Source: Candidatus Saccharimonadota bacterium (GTDB lineage Bacteria; Patescibacteriota; Saccharimonadia; Saccharimonadales; UBA4665). From it: a stretch of DNA of 64,000 bases. Within the stretch, counting starts at the first letter, position 1, and each line of letters begins with the position of its first letter. The notes beneath the pieces were generated by a model. The model did not search any database and was not told where the DNA came from. It saw only the letters and a list, made by a program, of their open reading frames with translations. The DNA lies in assembly GCA_027371845.1 (NCBI GenBank), contig DAHXLD010000010.1, positions 9,438 through 73,437 of the forward strand, read 5' to 3'. Below are positions 19,725 to 28,127 of this stretch, in pieces. The position numbers were made by a program, and so were the translations under genes.

Positions 19725-20407
19725 ATATCAAGACCACAGATGCGATTCTTATAAACAGAATTAATTATTCCGAAAGTGATCGAATCTTAAATCTTATTAC
19801 TTTAGAGTTTGGAAAAATTGCTGTTATAGCCAAAGGTTCTCGGAAGATAAAATCAAAATTAGCTGGCAGTATTGAACTTTTCACTTTATTAAAAATAGGT
19901 TTTATAGAAGGCAAAGGCGATATGGGTACTTTAGTGTCATCAAGAATAATAGAGAATTTTGAAGAAATAAGTAAAGATTTAGATAAATCTCAATTAGCAT
20001 TTCATGTTTTAAAGCTAACTAATTTAAACACTCACGATAATGCCGATCAAAATTATTTTAATCTCCTTTTAAAATTCTTTAAGCTGTTAAATAGCGAATC
20101 AGTCGACCTGTTGACTTTAAAAAATTGGTATTATGCTCAATCTTTATTAATTAATGGTAGCATTCCTAATTTAATAAAATCTGATGACGGGGTCAATTTA
20201 ATCGAGTCTAAAAAGTATGATTTTAATTATTTAAAGATGTGTTTTTCGGGAGGAGATAAGTATTCCAAAGATCATATTAAATATTTAAGGCTATTATTTA
20301 GTGATACCTATAATTTAAGAGCATTTAAAATTAATATTAAACAAAACTTAAATAAAGATAGTTTTGAAATCTTAGAGACTATGTTTAAAAGTCATCTTTC
20401 GCTATAA
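19721..20407 (+). CDS. recO: DNA repair protein RecO
   Basis: 228 aa. OB-fold N terminus (TDAILINRINYSESDRILNLITLEFGKIAVIAKGSRKIKSK). ATGA overlap with the upstream gene. Confidence 0.8.
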   Translation: MNIKTTDAILINRINYSESDRILNLITLEFGKIAVIAKGSRKIKSKLAGSIELFTLLKIGFIEGKGDMGTLVSSRIIENFEEISKDLDKSQLAFHVLKLTNLNTHDNADQNYFNLLLKFFKLLNSESVDLLTLKNWYYAQSLLINGSIPNLIKSDDGVNLIESKKYDFNYLKMCFSGGDKYSKDHIKYLRLLFSDTYNLRAFKINIKQNLNKDSFEILETMFKSHLSL

Positions 20408-20408
20408 T
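20403..20408 (+). promoter_or_regulatory. -10 hexamer TATAAT 7 nt upstream of glyQS ATG (leaderless-type geometry)
   Basis: TATAAT at 20403-20408 overlaps the recO stop. ATG is at 20416. Confidence 0.45.
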
Positions 20409-20415
20409 TTAGGAA

Positions 20416-21768
20416 ATGGTAAGTTTAGAAAATATTGTAGCGTTATTAAAAAGACGAGGATTCATTTATCCAGGATCGGAGATATACGGGGGCCTATCTG
20501 GTACTTGGGATTATGGTCCCTTAGGCGTAATCCTTAAAAGAAATGTTGAAAATTTATGGTGGAATTTTTTTGTTGAAAAAAGAACGGATATGTATGGGAT
20601 TGATTCGGCAATTTTAATGAATCCAAAAGTTTGGCAGGCAAGTGGTCACGTCGATACGTTTAGTGATCCGCTAATTGAGGATCTTAAAACCAAAAAAAGA
20701 TATCGTTTAGATCACATTTTGGAAGATAACGGTATAGATCCAGTCGGTATGTCAATCGAGGAGATGCAGGACAAAATTACTAAAAAGAATATTTTGAGTC
20801 CAGAGGGCAACAAACTAGGGAATGCCGCCAAGTTTAATTTAATGTTTAAGACTCATATTGGATCAGTCGAAGAAGATAAATCGATTGTTTATCTCAGACC
20901 CGAGACGGCTCAAGGAATGTTTGTCAATTTTAAAAATATTATAGATTCGTTTTATCCTGATTTGCCTTTTGGTATCGCTCAAGTTGGCAAGAACTTTCGA
21001 AATGAAATTTCTCCTAGAGATTTTATTTTTAGGAGTCGAGAACTTGAAATTATGGAGCTTGAATATTTTATCGATCCAGCCGATTGGGAAAAAGAATTTG
21101 AAAAGTGGTTAAAAATTCAAATTGAATGGTATACAAAAGTTCTAAAATTAGACAAGAACAAAGTTATTCAAAAAGAAATTGAGGCTGCCGATAGAGCTCA
21201 TTATAGTAAGAGAACCATTGATTTTGAATATGTTTTTCCGTTCGGAACAAAAGAAATTGGAGGCTTTGCTTACCGGGGAGACTTTGATTTAAATAATCAT
21301 CAGAAAACTTCTGGCAAATCGTTAGAGTATAGAGTCAAGGGCTCAGATAAAGTCTTTATTCCGCACGTTTTAGAGCCAACTTTTGGATTAGATAGAAACG
21401 TTTTAGCTTTAATATTCGAGGTTTATTCCGAGGATGAAGTTAATGGAGAGAAAAGAATATTTTTAAAACTAGATAAAAATATGGCTCCATATAGAGTTGC
21501 GATTAGTCCTTTATTAAAAAATAAGGTTGAATTAGTTAAAAAAGCCAAAGAGGTTTTTAATATGGTAAAATCCTCAATTTATAATGTTGTTTGGGACGAT
21601 AATGGGAATATTGGCAAAAGATACAGAAGGCAAGACGAGATAGGGACTCCGTTTTGTGTAACAATTGATTTTGAAACTCTAGAAAATAATACAATAACCT
21701 TAAGGGATAGAGATACCACCAATCAAGTCAGAATAAAAATAAGCGAACTTATTTCAAAGATTTCTTAA
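20416..21768 (+). CDS. glyQS: glycine-tRNA ligase (dimeric class II type)
   Basis: 450 aa. LKRRGFIYPGSEIYGGLSGTWDYGPLG, FRNEISPR, and a C-terminal anticodon-binding domain. Confidence 0.93.
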   Translation: MVSLENIVALLKRRGFIYPGSEIYGGLSGTWDYGPLGVILKRNVENLWWNFFVEKRTDMYGIDSAILMNPKVWQASGHVDTFSDPLIEDLKTKKRYRLDHILEDNGIDPVGMSIEEMQDKITKKNILSPEGNKLGNAAKFNLMFKTHIGSVEEDKSIVYLRPETAQGMFVNFKNIIDSFYPDLPFGIAQVGKNFRNEISPRDFIFRSRELEIMELEYFIDPADWEKEFEKWLKIQIEWYTKVLKLDKNKVIQKEIEAADRAHYSKRTIDFEYVFPFGTKEIGGFAYRGDFDLNNHQKTSGKSLEYRVKGSDKVFIPHVLEPTFGLDRNVLALIFEVYSEDEVNGEKRIFLKLDKNMAPYRVAISPLLKNKVELVKKAKEVFNMVKSSIYNVVWDDNGNIGKRYRRQDEIGTPFCVTIDFETLENNTITLRDRDTTNQVRIKISELISKIS

Positions 21769-21830
21769 TTTTAATTAAAACTGGTAAGAAACTTTAGATT
21801 TAATTTAACTTTAGGGTTAGTTTAAAGTTT

Positions 21831-23063
21831 ATGGATCAGCAAAGAGCTCTAGACGTTATTCTTTCTGACTACAATGTGTTCTTAACTGGTCCTCCAGGCT
21901 CGGGTAAATCTTTTTTGTTAAAGCAGGCTATTCAAGAATTTCAAAAAATGAATAAAATTGTAGCGATTACGGCTTCAACCGGTATTGCTTCAAGCCAAAT
22001 AGACGGAATAACTTTGCATTCTTGGTCAAATATCAGCGAATACACTAGAAGCAAAACCTTTTATGATTTTGAATCTGACAAGGAGTTAACAAAAAGATAT
22101 AAATCGGTTGATGTCTTAATTATCGATGAAATTTCAATGATCGACTGTGACTTATTCGAGAGAATAAATAACATGGCCAAATTTTTAAGAAAATCTTCTA
22201 AAGTATTTGGAGGGATAAAGTTGGTATTAGTTGGAGATTTTTTTCAACTTCCGCCAGTGAACTCTTCAATTAATAAAAACTTATTATACTTATTCGAAAG
22301 CAGTCTTTGGAATGAACTTAATCTAAAGATTTGTTACCTGAATACTCAATATAGACAACAAGTTGATAATAGTCTAACTAAAATACTTTATAGGATTAGA
22401 AGTGGCAATTTAGATATTAAATCCTTAGATTTATTGAAAAAGAGAATACTTAAAGCTAACGATTCTTCTATCATTAAGTTATATTCACATAATTATGACG
22501 TAGATAATGAAAACCATATTCAAAACAATATATTAAGGACTAGGCCTAAAAACTATAAGCCACTTAATTGGGGTATTCATAAATACGTTGATAGCATTAT
22601 GAAAGATAATGGTTTTAATAATAACACCGGATTTAAGATAGGTTCTAGAGTGATATTTATTATTAATCGACCACAATTAGGATATGTTAATGGCTCAAGG
22701 GGGCAGATAATAGATTTTAAAAAACATCTACCGTTAGTTCGAACCTATGATAATAAAAATATTCTAGTGGATTATCAAGAATTTAGTATGCAAATTAATA
22801 ATATAAAAGTTGCTAAAGTAAACTATTTACCATTAAGGCTGGCTTGGGCTATTACAATTCACAAAAGCCAAGGAATGAGCCTAGATTCAGCAGAAATAGA
22901 TTTAGGTAGGTCTTTTAGTCCAGGAATGGGTTATGTGGCTTTATCAAGAGTAAAAAGCCTAGAGGGGATATATCTTAAGGGCTTTAATAAAATGGCTTTT
23001 TTAATAGACAATCGGGTAAGAGAAGTAGATAGAGATTGGTTAAAAAGTACTAAAATAATCTAA
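21831..23063 (+). CDS. Pif1/RecD-family SF1B DNA helicase
   Basis: 410 aa. Walker A GPPGSGKSF, LIIDEISM, Pif1-type GDFFQLPPV, ITIHKSQGMSLD. Confidence 0.85.
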   Translation: MDQQRALDVILSDYNVFLTGPPGSGKSFLLKQAIQEFQKMNKIVAITASTGIASSQIDGITLHSWSNISEYTRSKTFYDFESDKELTKRYKSVDVLIIDEISMIDCDLFERINNMAKFLRKSSKVFGGIKLVLVGDFFQLPPVNSSINKNLLYLFESSLWNELNLKICYLNTQYRQQVDNSLTKILYRIRSGNLDIKSLDLLKKRILKANDSSIIKLYSHNYDVDNENHIQNNILRTRPKNYKPLNWGIHKYVDSIMKDNGFNNNTGFKIGSRVIFIINRPQLGYVNGSRGQIIDFKKHLPLVRTYDNKNILVDYQEFSMQINNIKVAKVNYLPLRLAWAITIHKSQGMSLDSAEIDLGRSFSPGMGYVALSRVKSLEGIYLKGFNKMAFLIDNRVREVDRDWLKSTKII

Positions 23064-23117
23064 TTAGTACCAAGCTAGACTCATTAAGTGATAAAATATC
23101 CAATAGGAATAAAATAA

Positions 23118-23663
23118 ATGCGAAAAAGATTTTTAAAAAAACCAAAAGATGTCGTCGCCCTTATAGATAGTCAGAATTTGAATCTTGGCACCCAAAGAAT
23201 GGGCTGGAATATGGATTGGCGAAAATTTCGCAAATATCTAAAAGATGAGTACAAAGTGACTAAAGCCTATTTGTTTATTGGTTATATATCTGAAAATGAA
23301 TCCTTGTATGAATACATGCACAGCTTAGGTTATTTAGTAGTCTTAAAGCCGACTCTAGATATAGGATCCGTTCAAGATAAAACCGACCAGAAAGAGAAGG
23401 TACCGGTCAAGGGGAACGTTGACACGGAGATTGTACTGATGGCAATGAAAGAAATAAATAATTACTCGAAAGCTGTAATAGTATCGGCCGATGGAGACTT
23501 TTATTCCTTGATAGAATATTTAGATTCAAAACAAAAACTATCTGCTATACTTACTCCAAATTGGCAGTATTCTAAATTATTAAAAGAGTTTGATAAGTAT
23601 ATAGTTAACCTAGATAAAATAAAGGCTAAATTAAGATATCGGAAAGACCCCAAAACCAGATAA
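23118..23663 (+). CDS. NYN (LabA-like) domain protein, putative RNase
   Basis: 181 aa. ALIDSQNL at the N terminus, GNVDTEIV and VSADGDF acidic motifs of the NYN/PIN-like fold. Confidence 0.7.
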   Translation: MRKRFLKKPKDVVALIDSQNLNLGTQRMGWNMDWRKFRKYLKDEYKVTKAYLFIGYISENESLYEYMHSLGYLVVLKPTLDIGSVQDKTDQKEKVPVKGNVDTEIVLMAMKEINNYSKAVIVSADGDFYSLIEYLDSKQKLSAILTPNWQYSKLLKEFDKYIVNLDKIKAKLRYRKDPKTR

Positions 23664-23681
23664 AGCACTTTTATAATTAGT

Positions 23682-23710
23682 TTGACAAAGTATACAATAT
23701 TTGTTATTAT
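23682..23710 (+). promoter_or_regulatory. sigma70-type promoter TTGACA-17 nt-TATTAT
   Basis: TTGACA at 23682-23687 (the same triplet the ORF track used as a TTG start) and TATTAT at 23705-23710. Confidence 0.5.
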
Positions 23711-23801
23711 ATACATAGTGAAAAATAAAATAAAAACTATTATAAAAATTGAAATAAATAGCTTAACAGTATTCTTATTATCTATAGCGGCCATATTTGG
23801 A

Positions 23802-23990
23802 ATGTTCGAGATAACCTATAAAAATCCAAACAAGCTAAATTTATTACCAACTCAGACAGTTTCATTCGTTAGGGTAACTCCGGGTCAAAGTGCCAATAAT
23901 CCAATAAGAAGAGAAAGAGACGAAGTTGATACCCAATATGTTAGTTATTCAGAGTCCCAAAGGACATCACCTAGAACAGGGAAGTACTAA
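23802..23990 (+). CDS. hypothetical small protein (62 aa from ATG 23802); coding status doubtful
   Basis: The upstream part of the listed 102-aa ORF is AT-rich low-complexity sequence that overlaps a promoter. Only the distal part (MFEITYKNPNKL..RTGKY) looks protein-like. No SD and no recognisable motif. Confidence 0.25.
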   Translation: MFEITYKNPNKLNLLPTQTVSFVRVTPGQSANNPIRRERDEVDTQYVSYSESQRTSPRTGKY

Positions 23991-24080
23991 GTTATCCACA
24001 GATAACTGGTTATAAATCCTTTAATTACGTCAGTAACACTAAAATTTAAGGGGTAAAATGTCTATTTACCTTGTGTATAA

Positions 24081-24108
24081 GTGGTGTCATAAACACCACC
24101 TTTTGATT
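24081..24108 (+). terminator. intrinsic terminator-like hairpin
   Basis: GTGGTGT (24081-24087) pairs with ACACCAC (24093-24099) across a 5-nt loop, followed by CTTTTGATTT. Confidence 0.5.
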
Positions 24109-24123
24109 TAATATTAGCTTGTG

Positions 24124-24170
24124 GTGGGTTAGGGTGGGTAGTATGCTTAGGTTAGTGGGTAAAAGTGGGT
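24124..24170 (+). promoter_or_regulatory. four phased GTGGGT direct repeats upstream of mraZ (putative MraZ operator)
   Basis: GTGGGT at 24124, 24134, 24155 and 24165 (spacings 10, 21, 10 bp, all on one helical face), 47-93 nt upstream of the mraZ ATG. Confidence 0.65.
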
Positions 24171-24216
24171 AGTAATACCCGAATTAAAATAAAAAAACCA
24201 CTAGTTAAAAAAAGGG

Positions 24217-24576
24217 ATGGCGATAATAGATTACTTTGAAAGAAAACTCGACGACAAAAGGCGGTTAAGTCTACCGGCTGAATTGCGTTCAGAGTTTAAG
24301 AATGGAGTAGTTATTACCCGCGGTTTCAAAAAATATCTACACCTTTATCCTTTAGAGGTGTGGAATAAAGAAGTAGAGCCTCAGCTTTCGGGAAATGTTC
24401 TCGATGAGCACACGGCCGATTTGAATATCCAATTCCGGAGGGGGAAAGTCGAAACTAAAATTGACCTTAAGCAGGGAAGATTTGGTCTAGAAAAGCACCT
24501 CTTAGATTATGCCGGGATTAAAAAAGAAGTTATTGCTGTAAGAGCGGGTAAATACTGGCGACTTATGGCAAAGTAA
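24217..24576 (+). CDS. mraZ: transcriptional regulator MraZ
   Basis: 119 aa. Two SpoVT/AbrB-like half-domains carrying the DxxxR motif (LDDKRRLSLPAELR and DLKQGRFGLEKHLLDYAGI). First gene of the dcw cluster. Confidence 0.85.
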   Translation: MAIIDYFERKLDDKRRLSLPAELRSEFKNGVVITRGFKKYLHLYPLEVWNKEVEPQLSGNVLDEHTADLNIQFRRGKVETKIDLKQGRFGLEKHLLDYAGIKKEVIAVRAGKYWRLMAK

Positions 24577-24878
24577 AGTACTTTAACAAAATAAATAGGA
24601 TTCATTCTCGAGATTAGCTAATCGGCAGTCAATAAGTGGATTATAGGGTACCACTTTAATTTACCCTTGTACCTTTGTTTAAAAACACCTCCCAAAACTC
24701 CACCTCACACATAAGTCTCTCAATAGATGAATTAATAGTAAGGAGTTATAAGATTTTTAAAATCTTAATTTAAATCTTCTTTACATACATATTTTTTCAT
24801 CCAACAAAAACAAAAACTTTAATAAAAACAAAAAATTGGCTGCTGATTAGGTGACCTTGTAAAATAAAACAAGTAAAT

Positions 24879-25772
24879 ATGCACCAAAACAAAAACAAAA
24901 AATTAAATCATATCCCAGTTCTGTTAAAAGAAGTTATAAGTGTATTGGAACCAAAAAACAATGACACTTATTTAGATTTAACCGCAGGTTACGGAGGCCA
25001 CTGTAACGCGGTTTTAAACTTTACCCATAACCCAGGGGGAGCAGCGCTGGTAGACAGGGATGATGAAGCGATAAAATTTATCCAAGAAAAATACGGTAAA
25101 TCAAAAGCTTTAATTATTCATAATGATTTCTTAACTGCCAGCAAGGATTTACTTAAATCAAGTTACCAATTTGATTTAATATTGGCAGACCTAGGTGTGT
25201 CGTCACTGCACTTTAATGAGGCCAGGAGGGGATTCTCTTTGTTAAGAGACGGTCCTCTAGATATGAGAATGGATCAAAATCAAGTTCTCACTGCTGAGAA
25301 AGTTATAAATACTTACAGCAGAGAAGAGCTCTTTAATATTCTTAAAGAATATGGAGAAGAGCCTAAAGCTAGATTAATAGTCGATACAATTATAAATAAT
25401 CGACCAATTAATTCGACTCTTCAGCTTGCTGATCTGATTGCTAAAAAGTTTGGATATAGCAGGATACATCCCGCTACAAAAACCTTTCAGGCAATAAGGA
25501 TAGAAGTTAATAATGAGTTAAATCTCTTGAGCGATAGTCTTGATTTATGGTTGAAATTATTAAGTATCGGAGGACGAATAGCTATTATTAGCTTTCATAG
25601 CCTTGAAGACAGAATTGTTAAAAACTTCTTTAAGGAACACAGTAGTTCAAAATATGAAGCTGAACTAAGTCTAGTTAACAAACATCCGATAACTGCTGGC
25701 CCCCAAGAAATCGTCAATAATCCGCGAGCTAGAAGTGCTAAACTTCGAGCCGCAGTGAAAATAAAAACATAA
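24879..25772 (+). CDS. rsmH: 16S rRNA (cytosine1402-N4)-methyltransferase
   Basis: 297 aa. HIPVLLKEV, DLTAGYGGH, ADLGVSS, ISFHSLEDRIVK. Confidence 0.93.
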   Translation: MHQNKNKKLNHIPVLLKEVISVLEPKNNDTYLDLTAGYGGHCNAVLNFTHNPGGAALVDRDDEAIKFIQEKYGKSKALIIHNDFLTASKDLLKSSYQFDLILADLGVSSLHFNEARRGFSLLRDGPLDMRMDQNQVLTAEKVINTYSREELFNILKEYGEEPKARLIVDTIINNRPINSTLQLADLIAKKFGYSRIHPATKTFQAIRIEVNNELNLLSDSLDLWLKLLSIGGRIAIISFHSLEDRIVKNFFKEHSSSKYEAELSLVNKHPITAGPQEIVNNPRARSAKLRAAVKIKT

Positions 25773-25861
25773 AAGGAAGGGAGTGCCTCATGCCAATACA
25801 GGTAAAAAGCAGATCCCGAGCGTATAAGGTTAAAGTCAGAGTGGTTTAACTTTAATATACG

Positions 25862-25885
25862 GCTAGCCCCTGAGATGGGGCTAGC
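25862..25885 (+). other. GC-rich stem-loop between rsmH and ftsL-like gene
   Basis: GCTAGCCCC (25862-25870) pairs perfectly with GGGGCTAGC (25877-25885) across a 6-nt loop. No U tract follows. Confidence 0.4.
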
Positions 25886-25916
25886 ACAAGAATAAATATA
25901 AAAAGAAAGAAAAAAT

Positions 25917-26264
25917 ATGACATACTCAAGCACTTTGGCTATGAATAGAAATCGTTATTCAAACCGACATCAAAATTCAGTTAGTTTTGCAATCGCAAAG
26001 CCCAAGATTGGCCCCATAAGCAACACCATTGTTTTAATTGTACTAGCTTGTCTTTTAGGATTATTATACTTAACCCAAGTTACTAAAACTGACAGTTATG
26101 GCTATCAGATAAATAACTTGCAAGTACAGCAACAGCAACTAGACTCGCAGAAACAAAATTTAGAAGTTTCGTCGGCTAGTCTACAGTCTATGGGTAGCGT
26201 TCAGAATAGTTCAACTGTAAAGAATATGACGCCCATTACTCCTACAGCGGTAGTTTCTCATTAG
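25917..26264 (+). CDS. FtsL-like cell division protein
   Basis: 115 aa. Single TM (NTIVLIVLACLLGLLYL) followed by a short coiled coil (LQVQQQQLDSQKQNLEV). Positioned between rsmH and ftsI. Confidence 0.55.
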   Translation: MTYSSTLAMNRNRYSNRHQNSVSFAIAKPKIGPISNTIVLIVLACLLGLLYLTQVTKTDSYGYQINNLQVQQQQLDSQKQNLEVSSASLQSMGSVQNSSTVKNMTPITPTAVVSH

Positions 26265-26304
26265 TTTTAAAGTGAACCCAAAGAAGAGTATAATTAGATG
26301 GTAG

Positions 26305-28089
26305 ATGTCCCCAAATACAAAAAATTTTAAAGATCTCTCTTTAAAGCGTATTAGAGTCTGGTACGCTATTTTAATTATAGTGGCGGCTGTTTTTTTTATA
26401 AGACTTTTTATCGTACAAATTATTAATTATCGAACATATAAAGACGCCGCCTTAAAAGATCAGCTAAAACAATATCAAATCCCAGCAACTAGAGGACTTA
26501 TATATGCTGAATCTGGTAATCAATATGTTCCAATCGTATTAAACCAAACTCTCTACACCCTTTACGCAGATCCTAGTTTTATTAAAAGCAATTCGGCAGC
26601 TAATAATATTGCCAGTAAGGTTGTCGGGGTAATTGGTGGAAATCAGAATAAGTTAGCTAGCTTGATGGAGACCAAAAATACTAGGTATGTCGTGTTAGCT
26701 AAAAAACTTTCAAAATCTCAAAATAATAAAATACTTTCATTTAAGATCCCGGGAATTGGGACCCAATCTCAAGATTATAGAGAGTATCCCGATGGACAAC
26801 TAGCCTCTCAATTGTTGGGTTTTGTAAATCAAAATGGTTTGGGTGAATATGGCATTGAACAAGCTATGAATAAACAATTAGCTGGGACTTCTGGGATGGT
26901 TAAAGCAGTAACTGATGCTAGTGGAGTGCCTTTAGCCGCCACTAACGGGAACGTTGAAATTCCTCCTAAAAACGGCAATAGTCTTGATTTAACTATAAAT
27001 GTTGGCATGCAAGCCGCCGTAGAAAAGATTCTAGCTAGCGAGTATAAGGCTACCAAGTCAGAAAGATTAAGTGCTATAGTTATGAATCCATATAATGGAC
27101 ATATTAAAGCTATGGCTAACTTTCCGACCTATAATCCGAGCAATTACCAAAGTGTAACCAATCCTTCCATATTTCAAAACGCAGCAGTTGATGATGATAT
27201 TGAACCAGGTTCAACAATGAAGATATTGACTACTTCTGCCGCCCTTAATCTGGGGGTTATTCAGCCTAATACTAGTTTTTTTGATCCGGCACATTGGGTT
27301 ATAAATGGCTTTGATATTCACGATATCAAACAAGACGGAGGTCCTAGAGTTCAGAATATTGCTAGTATATTAGCCCTTTCTTTAAACACCGGTGCAACTT
27401 GGATGTTGATGCAGATGGGTGGGGGACAAATAAACAAGCAGGGGATAGACAACTGGTACAACTATATGGTGAACCATTTTCGATTAGGTCAAATAACAGG
27501 TATACAACAAGGCTACGAGGCCCCTGGTTTTGTACCTCCACCTAATATGGCTGATCCAAGTATCGATTTAAGATATGCTAACACTTCTTTTGGTCAAGGA
27601 GTACAGCTCACGGCTTTACAGGAGGCCGCTGCTGACGCATCTATTTTAAACGGAGGAACTTATTATCAACCAACTCTTATTGCAAAAACAATTTATCCCA
27701 ATGGAAAAACTATCACAGATCAACCTAAAGTTCTTGAACGAAATGTTGTTTCTCCTAAGGTAGGCCAAGACATGGTTCCTCTAATGGAAAATGTCGTAAA
27801 CGCTTATCTCCAAGGTGGATTTTCGTTCATGAGATTTAATCCAAATTATATTGTTGGAGGGAAAACTGGGACCGCCCAAGTCGCTAAGCCCACGGGAGGA
27901 TATTATACAAATATTTTTAACGGTACATATTCGGGATTTGTTGGAGGTAATAAAGTTCAATATATAGTTGTTGTCTATAATATCAAACCACAAGTTCCAG
28001 GATATGCTGGTTCATATGGCGCCCAACCAGTTTTTGCCGATATCGTGCACATGCTAATCAGTAATGGTTTTGTTTCTCCAAAAGGATAA
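26305..28089 (+). CDS. ftsI: penicillin-binding protein (class B transpeptidase, FtsI/PBP2-type)
   Basis: 594 aa. N-terminal TM, PBP dimer domain, SxxK (GSTMK), SxN-like LSLN and KTG (GGKTGTAQ). Confidence 0.85.
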   Translation: MSPNTKNFKDLSLKRIRVWYAILIIVAAVFFIRLFIVQIINYRTYKDAALKDQLKQYQIPATRGLIYAESGNQYVPIVLNQTLYTLYADPSFIKSNSAANNIASKVVGVIGGNQNKLASLMETKNTRYVVLAKKLSKSQNNKILSFKIPGIGTQSQDYREYPDGQLASQLLGFVNQNGLGEYGIEQAMNKQLAGTSGMVKAVTDASGVPLAATNGNVEIPPKNGNSLDLTINVGMQAAVEKILASEYKATKSERLSAIVMNPYNGHIKAMANFPTYNPSNYQSVTNPSIFQNAAVDDDIEPGSTMKILTTSAALNLGVIQPNTSFFDPAHWVINGFDIHDIKQDGGPRVQNIASILALSLNTGATWMLMQMGGGQINKQGIDNWYNYMVNHFRLGQITGIQQGYEAPGFVPPPNMADPSIDLRYANTSFGQGVQLTALQEAAADASILNGGTYYQPTLIAKTIYPNGKTITDQPKVLERNVVSPKVGQDMVPLMENVVNAYLQGGFSFMRFNPNYIVGGKTGTAQVAKPTGGYYTNIFNGTYSGFVGGNKVQYIVVVYNIKPQVPGYAGSYGAQPVFADIVHMLISNGFVSPKG

Positions 28090-28127
28090 AATATACAGCT
28101 TTTCTGATATAATTAATTTTAATTGAT

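Noticed and set aside
23992-24000. A perfect DnaA box TTATCCACA here, and its reverse complement TGTGGATAA at 32746-32754, raising the possibility of an origin of replication.
   Set aside because: These are two isolated boxes about 8.7 kb apart, and about one is expected by chance in 64 kb of this composition. There is no cluster of boxes, no adjacent dnaA or dnaN, and gene orientation converges at 33 kb, which is the opposite of an origin. The first box is also part of a simple palindrome, GTTATC-CACA-GATAAC.
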